From positions 4,555 to 68,554 of the forward strand of contig JBAQFQ010000017.1 of assembly GCA_049287345.1 (NCBI GenBank): DNA of 64,000 nt, given 5' to 3'. A model generated the notes under the pieces. The model saw only the letters and a program-made list of their open reading frames with translations, did not search any database and was not told where the DNA came from. This stretch comes from Candidatus Moraniibacteriota bacterium. Its GTDB lineage: Bacteria > Patescibacteriota > Minisyncoccia > Moranbacterales > UBA9337. Made by a program: the position numbers and the translations under genes. Shown here piece after piece: positions 9,541-20,206 of the stretch (its first letter is position 1; each line of letters starts with the position of its first letter).

Positions 9541-10236
9541 ATGAATATCGCAATTATTTTAGCCTCAGGCACAGGGAGTCGCATGGGAGCAGGAAAAAAC
9601 AAAACTCTTTTAAAGCTGGCCAATAAGCCACTGATTTATTATGCAATTTCAAATTTTCAAAAATCAACCTTGATAAATAAAATTATTTTAGTGGTTAAGG
9701 ATGGCGAAAAAGAAATCTTTGAGAAAATTGTAAAGAAATATAATTTAAAAAAAGTGAAGGCGGTGATAATTGGTGGGCCGGAGCGCCAAGATAGCGCACA
9801 AAATGGGGTAGAGTTTATTGGAAAAAATTTTAAAGAAATTAATAATGCAATAGTTCTTTTTCATAATGGTGCCAACCCCTTTGTGACAAAAAATGAAATT
9901 GAAACAGTTATTAATAGTGCCAATAAATTTGGTGCAGCAGTCGTGGCCCATAAAACCAAAGATACTATTCGAAAAGTTGATAACAAAGATTTTTCTATAG
10001 GTGTGGTAGAGAGGCATAATCTTTGGAATATGCAAACCCCGCAAGCTATTAAACTAACCTTGGCCCTAAAGGCTTTTCGTCAAGCTAAACAAGATAATTT
10101 TCTAGGCACAGATGATGTCTCTCTGGTAGAGCGATTGGGCAAAAAAGTTAAAATTGTAGAGGCGAGTACAAATAATTTTAAAATTACTACCCCGTTGGAT
10201 TTCGAGCTGGCAAAAATAATTTTAAAGAAAATTTAA
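9541..10236 (+). CDS. ispD: 2-C-methyl-D-erythritol 4-phosphate cytidylyltransferase
   Basis: N-terminal AIILASGTGSRMG motif typical of IspD. Confidence 0.85.
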   Translation: MNIAIILASGTGSRMGAGKNKTLLKLANKPLIYYAISNFQKSTLINKIILVVKDGEKEIFEKIVKKYNLKKVKAVIIGGPERQDSAQNGVEFIGKNFKEINNAIVLFHNGANPFVTKNEIETVINSANKFGAAVVAHKTKDTIRKVDNKDFSIGVVERHNLWNMQTPQAIKLTLALKAFRQAKQDNFLGTDDVSLVERLGKKVKIVEASTNNFKITTPLDFELAKIILKKI

Positions 10237-10330
10237 TAAGATTTTTAAAATTATATTAAACTTTCAACACTGCTATGGATTGCATTATTATTTGCACGGT
10301 ATAATTGTTAATTAAGTAATCATCACAATT

Positions 10331-10819
10331 ATGTTTAGAATAGGTTTTGGACAAGATTCTCATCGCTTTAGTGAGGATGAGAATAAAAAACTAATTTTAG
10401 GTGGAGTTGAGATTGGCGGAGAGCGAGGGTTAGTATCGAATTCTGATGGAGATTTAATTTTACATGCAATTTGTGCGGCGATTGAGCAATCTTTGGGAAG
10501 AGTTAATTTTTCTGTGTATGCAGATGAGATGTGTCAGCGGGGAATAATTGATAGTGGAGAATATCTAAAGGTGGCCAAAAATCACCTTAAAGAGGCTGGT
10601 TATGCGGTTAATAATCTAGGTATTTCTATTGAGGGAAAAAGACCAAAAATATTACCAATAGAGGATAAAATAAAGGATAATTTAGCAAGGATTCTAGAGA
10701 TAGACAAACAACAGTTGGGAATCAATGCTACTAGCGGAGAGGGTTTAACGGCTTTTGGGCGAGGAGAAGGCATACAAGTATTTGTAATTATTAGTCTTAA
10801 AAAAGATGAAAAAAGTTAA
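10331..10819 (+). CDS. ispF: 2-C-methyl-D-erythritol 2,4-cyclodiphosphate synthase
   Basis: RIGFGQDSHRF start with the metal-binding D-x-H, and DGDLILHA motifs. Confidence 0.9.
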   Translation: MFRIGFGQDSHRFSEDENKKLILGGVEIGGERGLVSNSDGDLILHAICAAIEQSLGRVNFSVYADEMCQRGIIDSGEYLKVAKNHLKEAGYAVNNLGISIEGKRPKILPIEDKIKDNLARILEIDKQQLGINATSGEGLTAFGRGEGIQVFVIISLKKDEKS

Positions 10820-11675
10820 ATTGTTTTCACCAGCCAAAATTAATTTAACCCTGGAAATTATCAAAAAACTTCCCAATGGTTTTCATGATCTGCGTTCAGT
10901 GATGTATAAAACTGAAAATTTAAAAGATGAAGTGGAAATAACCTTCAACCATCGTCAAACGGGAATTAAAATAATTTGTAATAATAAAAATGTTCCCATT
11001 GATGAAAAAAATATTTGCCACAAAATTGCCCAGAAATTTTTTGTAGTTTCAGGGAAAAGAGTAGGACTAAATATCAAGATAAAGAAACGAATTCCTTTGG
11101 CGGCGGGATTAGGTGGGGGTAGCTCAAATGGAGCTGCGGTTTTGTTGGCGCTGAATAAATATTTCAAAAAACCCTTGAAATATAAGGATTTAGTGACTCT
11201 GGCGGCGGAGGTTGGCAAAGACATTCCCTTTTTTATTTCTAAAAAGAAAGAGGCACTGGTTAAGGGGGCGGGAGAAAAGGTGCAAACTATTAAAAATTTT
11301 CCTAAACTTAATTTATTATTGATAAATCCTCAAGGAGAAATTAGCACCGCCTGGGCTTATTCGCAGTTGGATGAGCGCATGTGGTTTATGGAAAATTCAC
11401 AAAGAAAAAATATTTCACGGAAATTATTAAAATGCGGTAATAGCGCAGAATGTATTGGCCAAAATGTTTATAATGATTTTTCCATTGTTGCTGAGGAATT
11501 ATTTCCAGTGATCAAAGAAATTAAAAATGCCTTAATTGTTTTTGGGGCAGTGGGCGCTGAGATTACCGGCAAGGGTCCAACAGTGGTGGGATTTTTAAAA
11601 ACAAAAAATGACGCCATTGCTATGCGACGGAGGTTAAGAAAAAAGTATCCTCAATTTTTTATCGAAATAGCTTAA
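10806..11675 (+). CDS. ispE: 4-diphosphocytidyl-2-C-methyl-D-erythritol kinase
   Basis: PAKINLTL N-terminus and GHMP-kinase motif PLAAGLGGGSSNGAA; overlaps ispF by 14 nt, suggesting operon coupling. Confidence 0.85.
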   Translation: MKKVKLFSPAKINLTLEIIKKLPNGFHDLRSVMYKTENLKDEVEITFNHRQTGIKIICNNKNVPIDEKNICHKIAQKFFVVSGKRVGLNIKIKKRIPLAAGLGGGSSNGAAVLLALNKYFKKPLKYKDLVTLAAEVGKDIPFFISKKKEALVKGAGEKVQTIKNFPKLNLLLINPQGEISTAWAYSQLDERMWFMENSQRKNISRKLLKCGNSAECIGQNVYNDFSIVAEELFPVIKEIKNALIVFGAVGAEITGKGPTVVGFLKTKNDAIAMRRRLRKKYPQFFIEIA

Positions 11676-11753
11676 ATGCAATTTTATATAAGATGGCTGG
11701 AAAGGCTAAATATTTTTTAAATTGACTTAAAAACTACAAATATGTTAGGATAA

Positions 11754-13007
11754 TTGGAAATAATTAAATCCGACATAAATATGAGTAAAAAAGGAAAACA
11801 CAAGAAACGAGGAAAGATTAAAAAGGATTTTAAAACACAAATAATAAAAACAACCGATAACTTAGAACAGAAAGTTTCTACAATTAAAATAGCCAAAGAA
11901 AAACTCGTAAACAAAGGCTGGGAAGTTAAAAAAAACTTTGTTGCTAGGTTAACTGTTGCCCAAGAATTTTTGAGAAATATGATGATTAAAGAGAGGCTAA
12001 ATTCTTTTTATCAAAAAACAAAAGTAACTTTAAAAAAATGGAATAATATTTTTTGTACAGGTATGGTTTGCGAGACAAACCTCAAGCGTGACATTGGTAT
12101 TGTTTCTGTGGCGATATTGGTGGCTGTAGTATTTTTAGTCATGGGGCAATATACTAGCAGGATAAAGGAGGTCGTAGAGGAAAGGGGCGAAATGCTAGTG
12201 GTGGATGAGAGTTTAGTGGCTGAGTTTGAAGAAAATAGTATAGACAATATTCGATCTATTCAGGACAATATCCAAACCCAAGGGTGGAAGGAATTTAGCA
12301 GCGATTGGTATGGTTTTAAGATAAAATATCCCGAAGATTGGGGGGTGCCAACAATTAGTACTTACAAGAAAGATGCATTAGCGGAATATCGAATTTCTTT
12401 TTTAAGTAAATTGCCAGAAGAAAAAAATATTTTAGGTTTTGAAGTTTCAGTTTATAACATTAATAAAATTAAGGAGCTCTCTAGTACTAGTGAATTTCCT
12501 AAAGTTAAAAATTTAGAGCTAAAGAATTCCGGTAGTTGTAATTCATTAGAGGGGCACGTGTTGGAGACAGGTGATTATCCAGCAGAGGAGATTTATATTT
12601 CCCCATTAGATGATTGTTATTTCCCAGTATTATTTTTTTCAGTAACCAAGGGTCAGTATTTGTATAATATTGCACCCATTGTAAGGGAAATTCAAACAGA
12701 TAATGATTTGATGGTGGAGGTGAGTGATAATTTGCCAGAATTTTTTGCAGCTATTTCTCAATTTGAAAATATTGATATTGTCAGGCCAAAACCCAGAGCG
12801 GTTCAGCCAAGAATAACTGCCCCTAAGCCAGCGTCTCATAAGGTAGTGGGTGGTAGGCTAGTTTGCGAGAAGGATAAAGACAAGCCGGGAAAAAGTGATA
12901 AGGGTAAGGGAAAGCATCTAGATATGGAGTGTTGTTTGGATCCAGATGAATATCCTAACCCACACTGCTATTATGACCCCGCTAAGTATGGTAAATATTT
13001 GAAATAG
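11754..13007 (+). CDS. Hypothetical membrane-anchored protein with basic N-terminus and Cys-containing C-terminus
   Basis: One TM helix; no recognisable domain. The start could be an internal Met. Confidence 0.4.
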   Translation: MEIIKSDINMSKKGKHKKRGKIKKDFKTQIIKTTDNLEQKVSTIKIAKEKLVNKGWEVKKNFVARLTVAQEFLRNMMIKERLNSFYQKTKVTLKKWNNIFCTGMVCETNLKRDIGIVSVAILVAVVFLVMGQYTSRIKEVVEERGEMLVVDESLVAEFEENSIDNIRSIQDNIQTQGWKEFSSDWYGFKIKYPEDWGVPTISTYKKDALAEYRISFLSKLPEEKNILGFEVSVYNINKIKELSSTSEFPKVKNLELKNSGSCNSLEGHVLETGDYPAEEIYISPLDDCYFPVLFFSVTKGQYLYNIAPIVREIQTDNDLMVEVSDNLPEFFAAISQFENIDIVRPKPRAVQPRITAPKPASHKVVGGRLVCEKDKDKPGKSDKGKGKHLDMECCLDPDEYPNPHCYYDPAKYGKYLK

Positions 13008-13085
13008 TTTTTTGAAAAGCACTTGTTTTCTAACGAGTGTTTTTTTGTGGGAAAAATATTTTTGGATATGTTATAATTTAGTTAG

Positions 13086-14483
13086 ATGAAAAATAATAAG
13101 AAAAAAAATATTATAAAAATATTAAAAATTCAAGCCTGGATAACAGGCTTATTTTTAGTGGCATATTTACTGGTTTTAAGTTTTGGAGAAAGTGGAGTTT
13201 TTTTATCTGATTTGAATAACAAAAAAAGAGTGGCTGGCGCTATGGTTGGTGCTATGATAAGAATTTTTGGGCCACCGACTCAGCCAGTGGTAAGTGGCAA
13301 TAGTTTTTGCGATAGCAACAATCTTTCTGTCGTTCGTTTGGACTGGGTAAATGTTGTGGATGCGACGAGCTACGATGTTTTTCGGGAGGGGAATTCGGTT
13401 GCCGATGACATAACGGATAATTTTTTATTAGATGAAAATTTATTAAATAATTTTAGTTATAACTATTATGTAGTGGCTAGTGGACCAGCTGGCGTAGCAA
13501 ATTCGGAAGTTATAAATATTTCAACTCAAGGCTGTGAGGCGCCAATCACTTATTATGTTAAAATTGATGATTTTGAAGGAAGATCAATGACTAGTTGGGC
13601 GGGAACTATAACAACAGAAAATCAGCAACCATTTTTTTCGGGTATCGCTTCGAGAGCTGATGCTTGGGTGGAACTAGAAATCTATGGTGACAATGCTTTT
13701 TATGCTAAAACTTTAACTAATCAAAATGGATTTTGGCAGTGGAGGTTTAATAGTAATCTTTTAGTGGGTAATTATTTGATTTATGTTAAATTATTGGATT
13801 TAGACGGAGAAATAGTCTTGGCTCAAGATAGTCTAAATTTTGAGATATTGGCCAAAGACGAAGATAACTCAGAGAAGAAAAAGAAAAAAGAGCAGATTGA
13901 TTTAACCTTAAGTGACTTTAGCTCAACTAAGCAACCCGTAGTTAAAAAGCCTTTTAATCTAGATATTTCATTGAGTAACGATATTTATATTCGAGGTGTA
14001 AGTGTTGATAGGGAGGCTTATCGGGGTGAGGGTCTTGGAACTAGTATTGATTTTAGTGATGTTGTGGTGGGTGGTTTACCTTTAAAAATTTCCTATACAC
14101 TAATCAACGAAAAAAATGAAATTGCATCTCACTATAATGAAGAATATATTTTGGAGAAAAATTTGAGAGTAGAAAAATATATCCCATTGCCACTCTCTTT
14201 GGAGCTAGGCGAATATCGATTAAGAATAGATGCTAGTATTTCGGGCATTACTGTCAGTGATGAAAGCACGTTTATTTTAAAAGATCGGCCGTTGCTCAAA
14301 ATCGGGGCGACTACTTATTTGACTTATCATGATTTAGTGGGTAATTTGAGTTGGCTATTTATTGGGTCTACCTCATTTTTATCATTTTTCTCGATAGCTG
14401 CTATGCGTGAGCATTATTTATATAAGCGAGCAGTTTTTCATATAACGGAAAAAGTTTTAAAAAGAAGAGGTTTTATTAATTAA
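13086..14483 (+). CDS. Hypothetical surface protein with Fn3-like domain and C-terminal TM anchor
   Basis: N-terminal TM, then VVRLDWVNVVDATSYDVFREG (Fn3-like), then a C-terminal hydrophobic segment. Confidence 0.4.
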   Translation: MKNNKKKNIIKILKIQAWITGLFLVAYLLVLSFGESGVFLSDLNNKKRVAGAMVGAMIRIFGPPTQPVVSGNSFCDSNNLSVVRLDWVNVVDATSYDVFREGNSVADDITDNFLLDENLLNNFSYNYYVVASGPAGVANSEVINISTQGCEAPITYYVKIDDFEGRSMTSWAGTITTENQQPFFSGIASRADAWVELEIYGDNAFYAKTLTNQNGFWQWRFNSNLLVGNYLIYVKLLDLDGEIVLAQDSLNFEILAKDEDNSEKKKKKEQIDLTLSDFSSTKQPVVKKPFNLDISLSNDIYIRGVSVDREAYRGEGLGTSIDFSDVVVGGLPLKISYTLINEKNEIASHYNEEYILEKNLRVEKYIPLPLSLELGEYRLRIDASISGITVSDESTFILKDRPLLKIGATTYLTYHDLVGNLSWLFIGSTSFLSFFSIAAMREHYLYKRAVFHITEKVLKRRGFIN

Positions 14484-14504
14484 AAAAATAAACACATCCT
14501 TAAG

Positions 14505-14816
14505 GTGGATGAAAAAAATATGCAAAATTATTTGGTGATTGGTTTACAAATTATATCCTTAATTCTATTGGCTTTTTCGCTAGTTTTTACCTTGGGAATT
14601 ATTTGGCGAGTAGAGATGAAGCTTGACTCGGCCTATAAGGTTTTTTTTGTAGCCTTGGTCTTTATTTTTTTAGCTACAGTATTGGATGTTTTTATAAAAA
14701 ATGAATTTTTTATTATAGTGGATAAGGTGCTAAATTTATTATTTGCTATTTTTTTATTGGTAGGTATTTGGATGATGCGAGATTTAATGAGAAATATCGA
14801 CGGTGAAAAACGTTAG
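14505..14816 (+). CDS. Small integral membrane protein (3 TM)
   Basis: Hydrophobicity pattern only. Confidence 0.35.
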   Translation: MDEKNMQNYLVIGLQIISLILLAFSLVFTLGIIWRVEMKLDSAYKVFFVALVFIFLATVLDVFIKNEFFIIVDKVLNLLFAIFLLVGIWMMRDLMRNIDGEKR

Positions 14817-14845
14817 AAGTAAGCAGCTTGTAAGAAACGGCAAGA

Positions 14846-15583
14846 TTGCTAAGTTTTTTAAAAAATAGTAAGATAGACATGATGTATAAGGTTATGTTGG
14901 AACAATTTGAGGGCCCAATGGATCTTCTCCTTGATTTAATTAGTAAGGAGAAGATGGATATTACTAATATCAGCTTGGCGCAGATAACTGATCAGTACTT
15001 AGATTATCTAGAAAAGAAAGAAGATATCAATCTAGTTAATTTGGCTGATTTTTTAACTGTGGCAGCAAAACTGATTTTAATTAAATCTAAAGCATTGTTG
15101 CCCCTCTTAGATTTAAGTAACGAAGAGGAAGAAGAAATTTTTGATTTAGAAAAACAATTAGCAGAATATCGAAAGTTTAAAATAGCCGCTCAACAGTTGG
15201 AAACGATTTATAATGATAAGCGGCAATCTTTTTCCCGAGACAATTTTTTAGAAGTGGAGGTTCGATTTTCTCCACCTAAAGGAATCGGCCCTAGTGAATT
15301 AGCCAGTATTTATGAGGATATTTTGGGTCAGATTCCCATTTTGGAAAAGTTAGAAGAGGAAAAAGTGGCTAGAATAATTTCTCTTAAGGAGCGTATCGAT
15401 AGTCTCAAGAAGATGCTAACCCTTAAGGCAGAGTTTAATTTTAGTGAGTTGATCAAAAAGGGGGAGGATAAGGTTGAGATAATCGTTTCATTTTTAGCGG
15501 TATTGGAAATGGTAAAGAGACGAATTGTCATAGTGGAGCAAGATGAGATGTTTTATGAAATTAAACTTAAGCGAGGTAACTAA
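14846..15583 (+). CDS. scpA: Segregation and condensation protein A
   Basis: FEGPMDLLLDLI N-terminal kleisin motif. Confidence 0.85.
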   Translation: MLSFLKNSKIDMMYKVMLEQFEGPMDLLLDLISKEKMDITNISLAQITDQYLDYLEKKEDINLVNLADFLTVAAKLILIKSKALLPLLDLSNEEEEEIFDLEKQLAEYRKFKIAAQQLETIYNDKRQSFSRDNFLEVEVRFSPPKGIGPSELASIYEDILGQIPILEKLEEEKVARIISLKERIDSLKKMLTLKAEFNFSELIKKGEDKVEIIVSFLAVLEMVKRRIVIVEQDEMFYEIKLKRGN

Positions 15584-15600
15584 AATAGTAAGCGTATAAT

Positions 15601-16158
15601 ATGGAAAAAGAAAAATTAAAATCAATTATTGAAAGTATCTTATTTGCTAGGGGCGAGGAGATTGAATATGCTCAGCTAGCTAAAATTATTGAAGTGGATG
15701 AGGAGGCGATTAAACAGGCAGTAGAGGAATTAATTTCAGAGTATAATACTGCACAGCGGGGATTTAATATTGTCAAAAATGAAAAGGCCATTCAGCTGGT
15801 GACCAATCCTGATAACGCTGAAATTGTAGAAAAAACTATCAAAAAAAATCTGCAAGAAAATATGACCAAAACAGCCTTAGAGGTTTTGGCAATTGTGGCT
15901 TATCGGGGACCTGTTTCCCATTCAGATATTGAGGCAATTCGGGGAGTAAACTCTAGCTTTACTTTGCGCAATTTGCTTATGCGAGGGTTGATTATCAAAA
16001 ATGTAAATGATAATGATCAGCGAGGATATCTATACAGTATTGCGACTGAATTTATAAAAAAAATGGGTATTGGAAAAATAGAGGAACTCCCTGATTATGA
16101 AAATTTATCCAAAGATAAAAGAGTAGAATCGATCATTAATTTAAATACAGAAAAATAA
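15601..16158 (+). CDS. scpB: Segregation and condensation protein B
   Basis: IESILFARGEE winged-helix N-terminus; immediately downstream of scpA. Confidence 0.8.
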   Translation: MEKEKLKSIIESILFARGEEIEYAQLAKIIEVDEEAIKQAVEELISEYNTAQRGFNIVKNEKAIQLVTNPDNAEIVEKTIKKNLQENMTKTALEVLAIVAYRGPVSHSDIEAIRGVNSSFTLRNLLMRGLIIKNVNDNDQRGYLYSIATEFIKKMGIGKIEELPDYENLSKDKRVESIINLNTEK

Positions 16159-16165
16159 ATTTATT

Positions 16166-17221
16166 ATGTTAAGAAAGTTGTTTTCTATAAAAATAATAAT
16201 TATTTGGGGGTTAGTATTTTTAGCCCTGGGATTTTTTTTAGACAATGATTTTATTGGAGAAAGGTATTTTTCCAAAAGTATCAGTGTAGAGAATGAGCTA
16301 GCGGATGCCCCGATGGTCAAAGGGGATTCTGACATCAATGTTTCTTCGAGTAACGATACTTTAGTTAATCAATATAACTTTCCAGTTTCTAGTTATTTGC
16401 CGGTCAAAAATGAGTATTCCCCAGAGTTGGAGATTTTTAGAGCACATTCCTCAATTATTCTGGACGCAGATTCGGGCACTATTTTGCATTATAATAATGG
16501 AAAAGAGGAGCGCCAGATTGCTTCTTTGACTAAGATTATGACGGCGGTTTTGGTAGTTGAAAATATTGATGATTTGGAAAAAGAGGCTGTCACCATTGAT
16601 GAAGAAGCTGTTTTTGCTGATGGCACTAAAATTGGTTGCCCTTCTTCAGGTAATTGTATCGGTAATCGTTTGCGGGTAGGTGAGGTTATTTCTGCTGGAT
16701 CACTTTTTAAAGCAATGTTGATGAATAGTGCTAATGATTCAGCGATTGCTCTAGGGAAACATATTGCTGGTAGCCAGGAAAATTTTGCCCAAATGATGAA
16801 TGATCGTGCCAAGGAAATGGGTCTAAATAATTCAAATTTCTGTACTCCTTCGGGACTTGAGCTTGAAGGACGAGAAACAGAATGTTATTCAAGCGCTTAC
16901 GATATTGCCAGAATCACCGCTTTTTCTATGCAGTACAAGGTGATTTGGGATACCTTTAAAATTCGTGATACCAAAGTTTATTCTATGGATGGAAAAATTT
17001 CTCATGATATAATGAATACAAATAGATTGCTAGATGAGATGCCAGAGTGTTTGGGGACAAAAACTGGATTTACTCCCTTGGCTGGGAAATCTTTGATGCT
17101 CGCCGCTCAAGATAGTACCAAAAAGCATAAAATTATTGCGGTGGTTTTAAATGATCCTTATATGTGGGAGGATATTCGAGAAATGGCACACTGGGCTTTT
17201 AATTCCTATACATGGCAGTAG
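16166..17221 (+). CDS. D-alanyl-D-alanine carboxypeptidase (S11, PBP5-like), membrane-anchored
   Basis: SxxK (SLTK), SxN (SAN) and KTG (KTGFT) motifs in canonical order. Confidence 0.8.
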   Translation: MLRKLFSIKIIIIWGLVFLALGFFLDNDFIGERYFSKSISVENELADAPMVKGDSDINVSSSNDTLVNQYNFPVSSYLPVKNEYSPELEIFRAHSSIILDADSGTILHYNNGKEERQIASLTKIMTAVLVVENIDDLEKEAVTIDEEAVFADGTKIGCPSSGNCIGNRLRVGEVISAGSLFKAMLMNSANDSAIALGKHIAGSQENFAQMMNDRAKEMGLNNSNFCTPSGLELEGRETECYSSAYDIARITAFSMQYKVIWDTFKIRDTKVYSMDGKISHDIMNTNRLLDEMPECLGTKTGFTPLAGKSLMLAAQDSTKKHKIIAVVLNDPYMWEDIREMAHWAFNSYTWQ

Positions 17222-17405
17222 GATCAGTAACTCGTAGCTGGTGATTAGTAGCTAGTAATAACTAGGTATTAAAAAAGGTTTGTGAGTCTAGGGCATAATA
17301 CAATTATTACCAGAGAACATTAAATTGAAGCGATACAAAATTTTTAAAAGATTTATCAATAATTAACTACTAGTTACCAGTTACTGGCTGCTAGTTACCA
17401 AAAAA

Positions 17406-18512
17406 ATGACAAGAATAGTTATAACGGGAGGAGGATCGGGCGGCCACATTTTTCCATTGATTGCGGTGGTTGAAAAATTAAGGGAAAAGGATCCCCAAGT
17501 AGAGATTCTTTATTTGGGTTCAAAAGGAGAGATGGAAACAAAGGTGATGAAAGAAAATTCCATCCCTACTAAATATGTGATGAGTGGAAAATTTAGGAGA
17601 TATTTTTCTTTTAATAATTTCGTAGATTGTTTGAAGTTTCCAGTTGGAATTATTCAGGCCCTGTGGCATCTTTTGGTGTATATGCCAGATGTAGTTTTTT
17701 CTAAAGGGGGTCATGTTTCTGTCCCAGTGGCTCTGGCTGCCTGGGTGTATGCGATTCCTATTTTGACGCACGAGTCTGATGCGATGCCTGGACTAGCTAA
17801 TCGAATTATTGGGATTGTTTCAGAGAGAATTGCGGTTTCTTACCCAACGGCTAAGAGATATTTTGCAGAAAAAAAGATTTTACTTACTGGCAATCCAATT
17901 AGAGCGGATATTACCAAAGGAGATAAAGCGACTTTTTTGAAAGAGCTTGGCTTAACTGAATCTAAGCCGATTATTTTAATACTGGGAGGCAGTCAGGGGG
18001 CGCAAAATATTAATTTAGCTATCGCTAATATTATTGGCGAATTAACAAAAGTAGCTCAGGTTGTTCATCAGACTGGAGTAAGCAATTATGAACAAGTAAT
18101 TAAATTAATTCGGGCCAAGGGTGTGAAGGAGGGTCGCGATGGTTATTATCCAGTAGCCTTTATCGATTCAAACAATATGAAAAATGCCTTGGCCGCAGCA
18201 GATATTATCATTAGTCGTTCAGGGGCAAACTCCATTTCAGAGATTGCTGCTTATGGAAAGCCGAGTATTTTAATACCATTGGCTTCAGCAGCTTCTAACC
18301 ATCAGGGTATGAATGCGTATCTTATTGCGGAGAAAAAGGGCGCTATCGTCTTAGAGGAATCTAATATCGGCAGAAATATGCTAATCGGCAGAATAGAAAA
18401 AATTCTTAGCGATCAGATTTATCGAGAGAGTTTATCTAAAAATATTCGAGAATTTTATCATGCGGATGCTGCGGATAAGATTGCCCAAGGAATCATTGAT
18501 TTAGCCCAATAA
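17406..18512 (+). CDS. murG: UDP-GlcNAc:lipid I GlcNAc transferase MurG
   Basis: TGGGSGGHIFP N-terminal motif; GT28 architecture. Confidence 0.9.
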   Translation: MTRIVITGGGSGGHIFPLIAVVEKLREKDPQVEILYLGSKGEMETKVMKENSIPTKYVMSGKFRRYFSFNNFVDCLKFPVGIIQALWHLLVYMPDVVFSKGGHVSVPVALAAWVYAIPILTHESDAMPGLANRIIGIVSERIAVSYPTAKRYFAEKKILLTGNPIRADITKGDKATFLKELGLTESKPIILILGGSQGAQNINLAIANIIGELTKVAQVVHQTGVSNYEQVIKLIRAKGVKEGRDGYYPVAFIDSNNMKNALAAADIIISRSGANSISEIAAYGKPSILIPLASAASNHQGMNAYLIAEKKGAIVLEESNIGRNMLIGRIEKILSDQIYRESLSKNIREFYHADAADKIAQGIIDLAQ

Positions 18513-18560
18513 TTGTGATAAACTAAAAAACTAAATAAGATCATTGTATAAATTAAAAAT

Positions 18561-19955
18561 ATGCAAAAGAAAAAAATTTATATGATAAGTATCGAGGGGG
18601 CAGGAACCTCGGCTTTGGCGGTGATTTATAAAAAGTTAGGTTTTGAAGTTTTGGGTTCAGATAATGGTGATCATTTTTACGGAGATGTTTTGAAAAGAAA
18701 TGGCATTGAGGTTTTTGATAATTATGATAGTAAAAATTTACCGGCAGATATTTATAAAACAGTTTATTCTACTTGTGTAAGTAGGGAGAATCCCGAATTA
18801 CTCGCTTCTATTAGTCGAGGAGTTCCAACGATTAGTTACCCAGAGGCCTTGGCTGAATTATTTAATGAGAAGATGGGTATCGCTGTTTGTGGGACACATG
18901 GTAAGACCACTACTACAGCTATCCTAGCTACTGTTTTTAAAGAATTGGGATTAAAGCCCAGTGCCCTAGTGGGAAGCAAGGTTAAAGATTGGCAGGGTAA
19001 TAGTTTAGCGGGTAGCGGGGATTATTTTATTATCGAGGCGGATGAATATCAAAATAAGTTAATGAACTATAACCCTTGGGCGGTTATTTTAACCAGTATT
19101 GATTATGACCATCCTGATTTTTTTAAAAATTTTACTGATTATAAGCAAGCCTTTATTGATTTTGTAAAAAAAATTCCTCGTCATGGATTTCTTGTTTATT
19201 GTAATGATGATAGCGATGTAGTGGAAATAGCTAAGGCAGCCAGTTGCCAGAAAATTAGTTATGGATTTTCCGATGGCAGTAATTTTAAAATAGAGAATTT
19301 TGAGTTTAAGATTAATAATTTTCAAATTAATAATAGTGTTAGTCAATCTTTCGAAGTTTTTTTTAAGGAAAGTTCTCTGGGCAAATTTATGATTGCTCTA
19401 CCAGGAAAGCACAATGTCCTCAATACTACAGCCGTAATTGCCCTGTGTCATAAATTTAATTTAAATAACTTGAGAGTGGCAGATGCCTTAAAAACTTTTC
19501 AGGGAACAGCCAGAAGGTTTGAATATATCGGAGAAAACAAAGGAGCTATTTTAATTGATGACTATGCTCATCATCCAGAGGAAGTAAAGGCTACTCTTAA
19601 AACAGCGAGGAATATTTTTCCTCAAAAAAATATTATTACTGTTTTTCATCCACATTCCTTTAGTCGCACAGAGGCACTACTTTCAGATTTTTCTCAAAGT
19701 TTTGATAATACAAATGAAGTTATTATTTTGGATATTTATGGTAGCGCCAGGGAAACTGAAGGGAATGTGAGTTCACGAGATTTAGTGCGGTTGATCAATC
19801 GTTATAGTCCACAAAAAGCTCAGTATGTGCCAACTATTGAGGAGGCAACAGAAATTATTAGAGAAAAAATGGGGGAAAATGATTTAATTATTTCTATGGG
19901 AGCAGGGGATGTCTGGCACGTGACTCATAATTTAAAAAATAAATATATCCGATAA
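18561..19955 (+). CDS. murC: UDP-N-acetylmuramate--L-alanine ligase MurC
   Basis: Mur ligase P-loop GTHGKTTTT and C-terminal domain motifs. Confidence 0.9.
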   Translation: MQKKKIYMISIEGAGTSALAVIYKKLGFEVLGSDNGDHFYGDVLKRNGIEVFDNYDSKNLPADIYKTVYSTCVSRENPELLASISRGVPTISYPEALAELFNEKMGIAVCGTHGKTTTTAILATVFKELGLKPSALVGSKVKDWQGNSLAGSGDYFIIEADEYQNKLMNYNPWAVILTSIDYDHPDFFKNFTDYKQAFIDFVKKIPRHGFLVYCNDDSDVVEIAKAASCQKISYGFSDGSNFKIENFEFKINNFQINNSVSQSFEVFFKESSLGKFMIALPGKHNVLNTTAVIALCHKFNLNNLRVADALKTFQGTARRFEYIGENKGAILIDDYAHHPEEVKATLKTARNIFPQKNIITVFHPHSFSRTEALLSDFSQSFDNTNEVIILDIYGSARETEGNVSSRDLVRLINRYSPQKAQYVPTIEEATEIIREKMGENDLIISMGAGDVWHVTHNLKNKYIR

Positions 19956-20000
19956 TTTAAATTTTTAAATAATTAATGTTGAAATTGTTTAAAAATTGAA

Positions 20001-20029
20001 GCAGAGACGAGGCAATGCCTCGTCTCTGC
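20001..20029 (+). other. 12-bp perfect GC-rich hairpin (GCAGAGACGAGG-CAATG-CCTCGTCTCTGC) without U tract
   Basis: Seen directly; immediately downstream of murC and followed by a second hairpin that is a terminator. Confidence 0.6.
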
Positions 20030-20048
20030 GCATATTTAATGCAGATTT

Positions 20049-20090
20049 ATCCCGTCACTTATGAGTGACGGGATTTATTGTGTTTTTGTG
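20049..20090 (+). terminator. Rho-independent terminator (ATCCCGTCACT-TATG-AGTGACGGGAT + T-rich tract)
   Basis: 11-bp stem followed by TTATTGTGTTTTTGTG. Confidence 0.6.
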
Positions 20091-20206
20091 ACCAGTGACT
20101 CCCTCAAGCTATATGATTTATGCTCAAATAATAGGGTCGTGCCAAGATACTGGGGGTATGATATAATAGAGGTGAAGAATAATTTATTTTTTAATCTAAA
20201 AATGAG

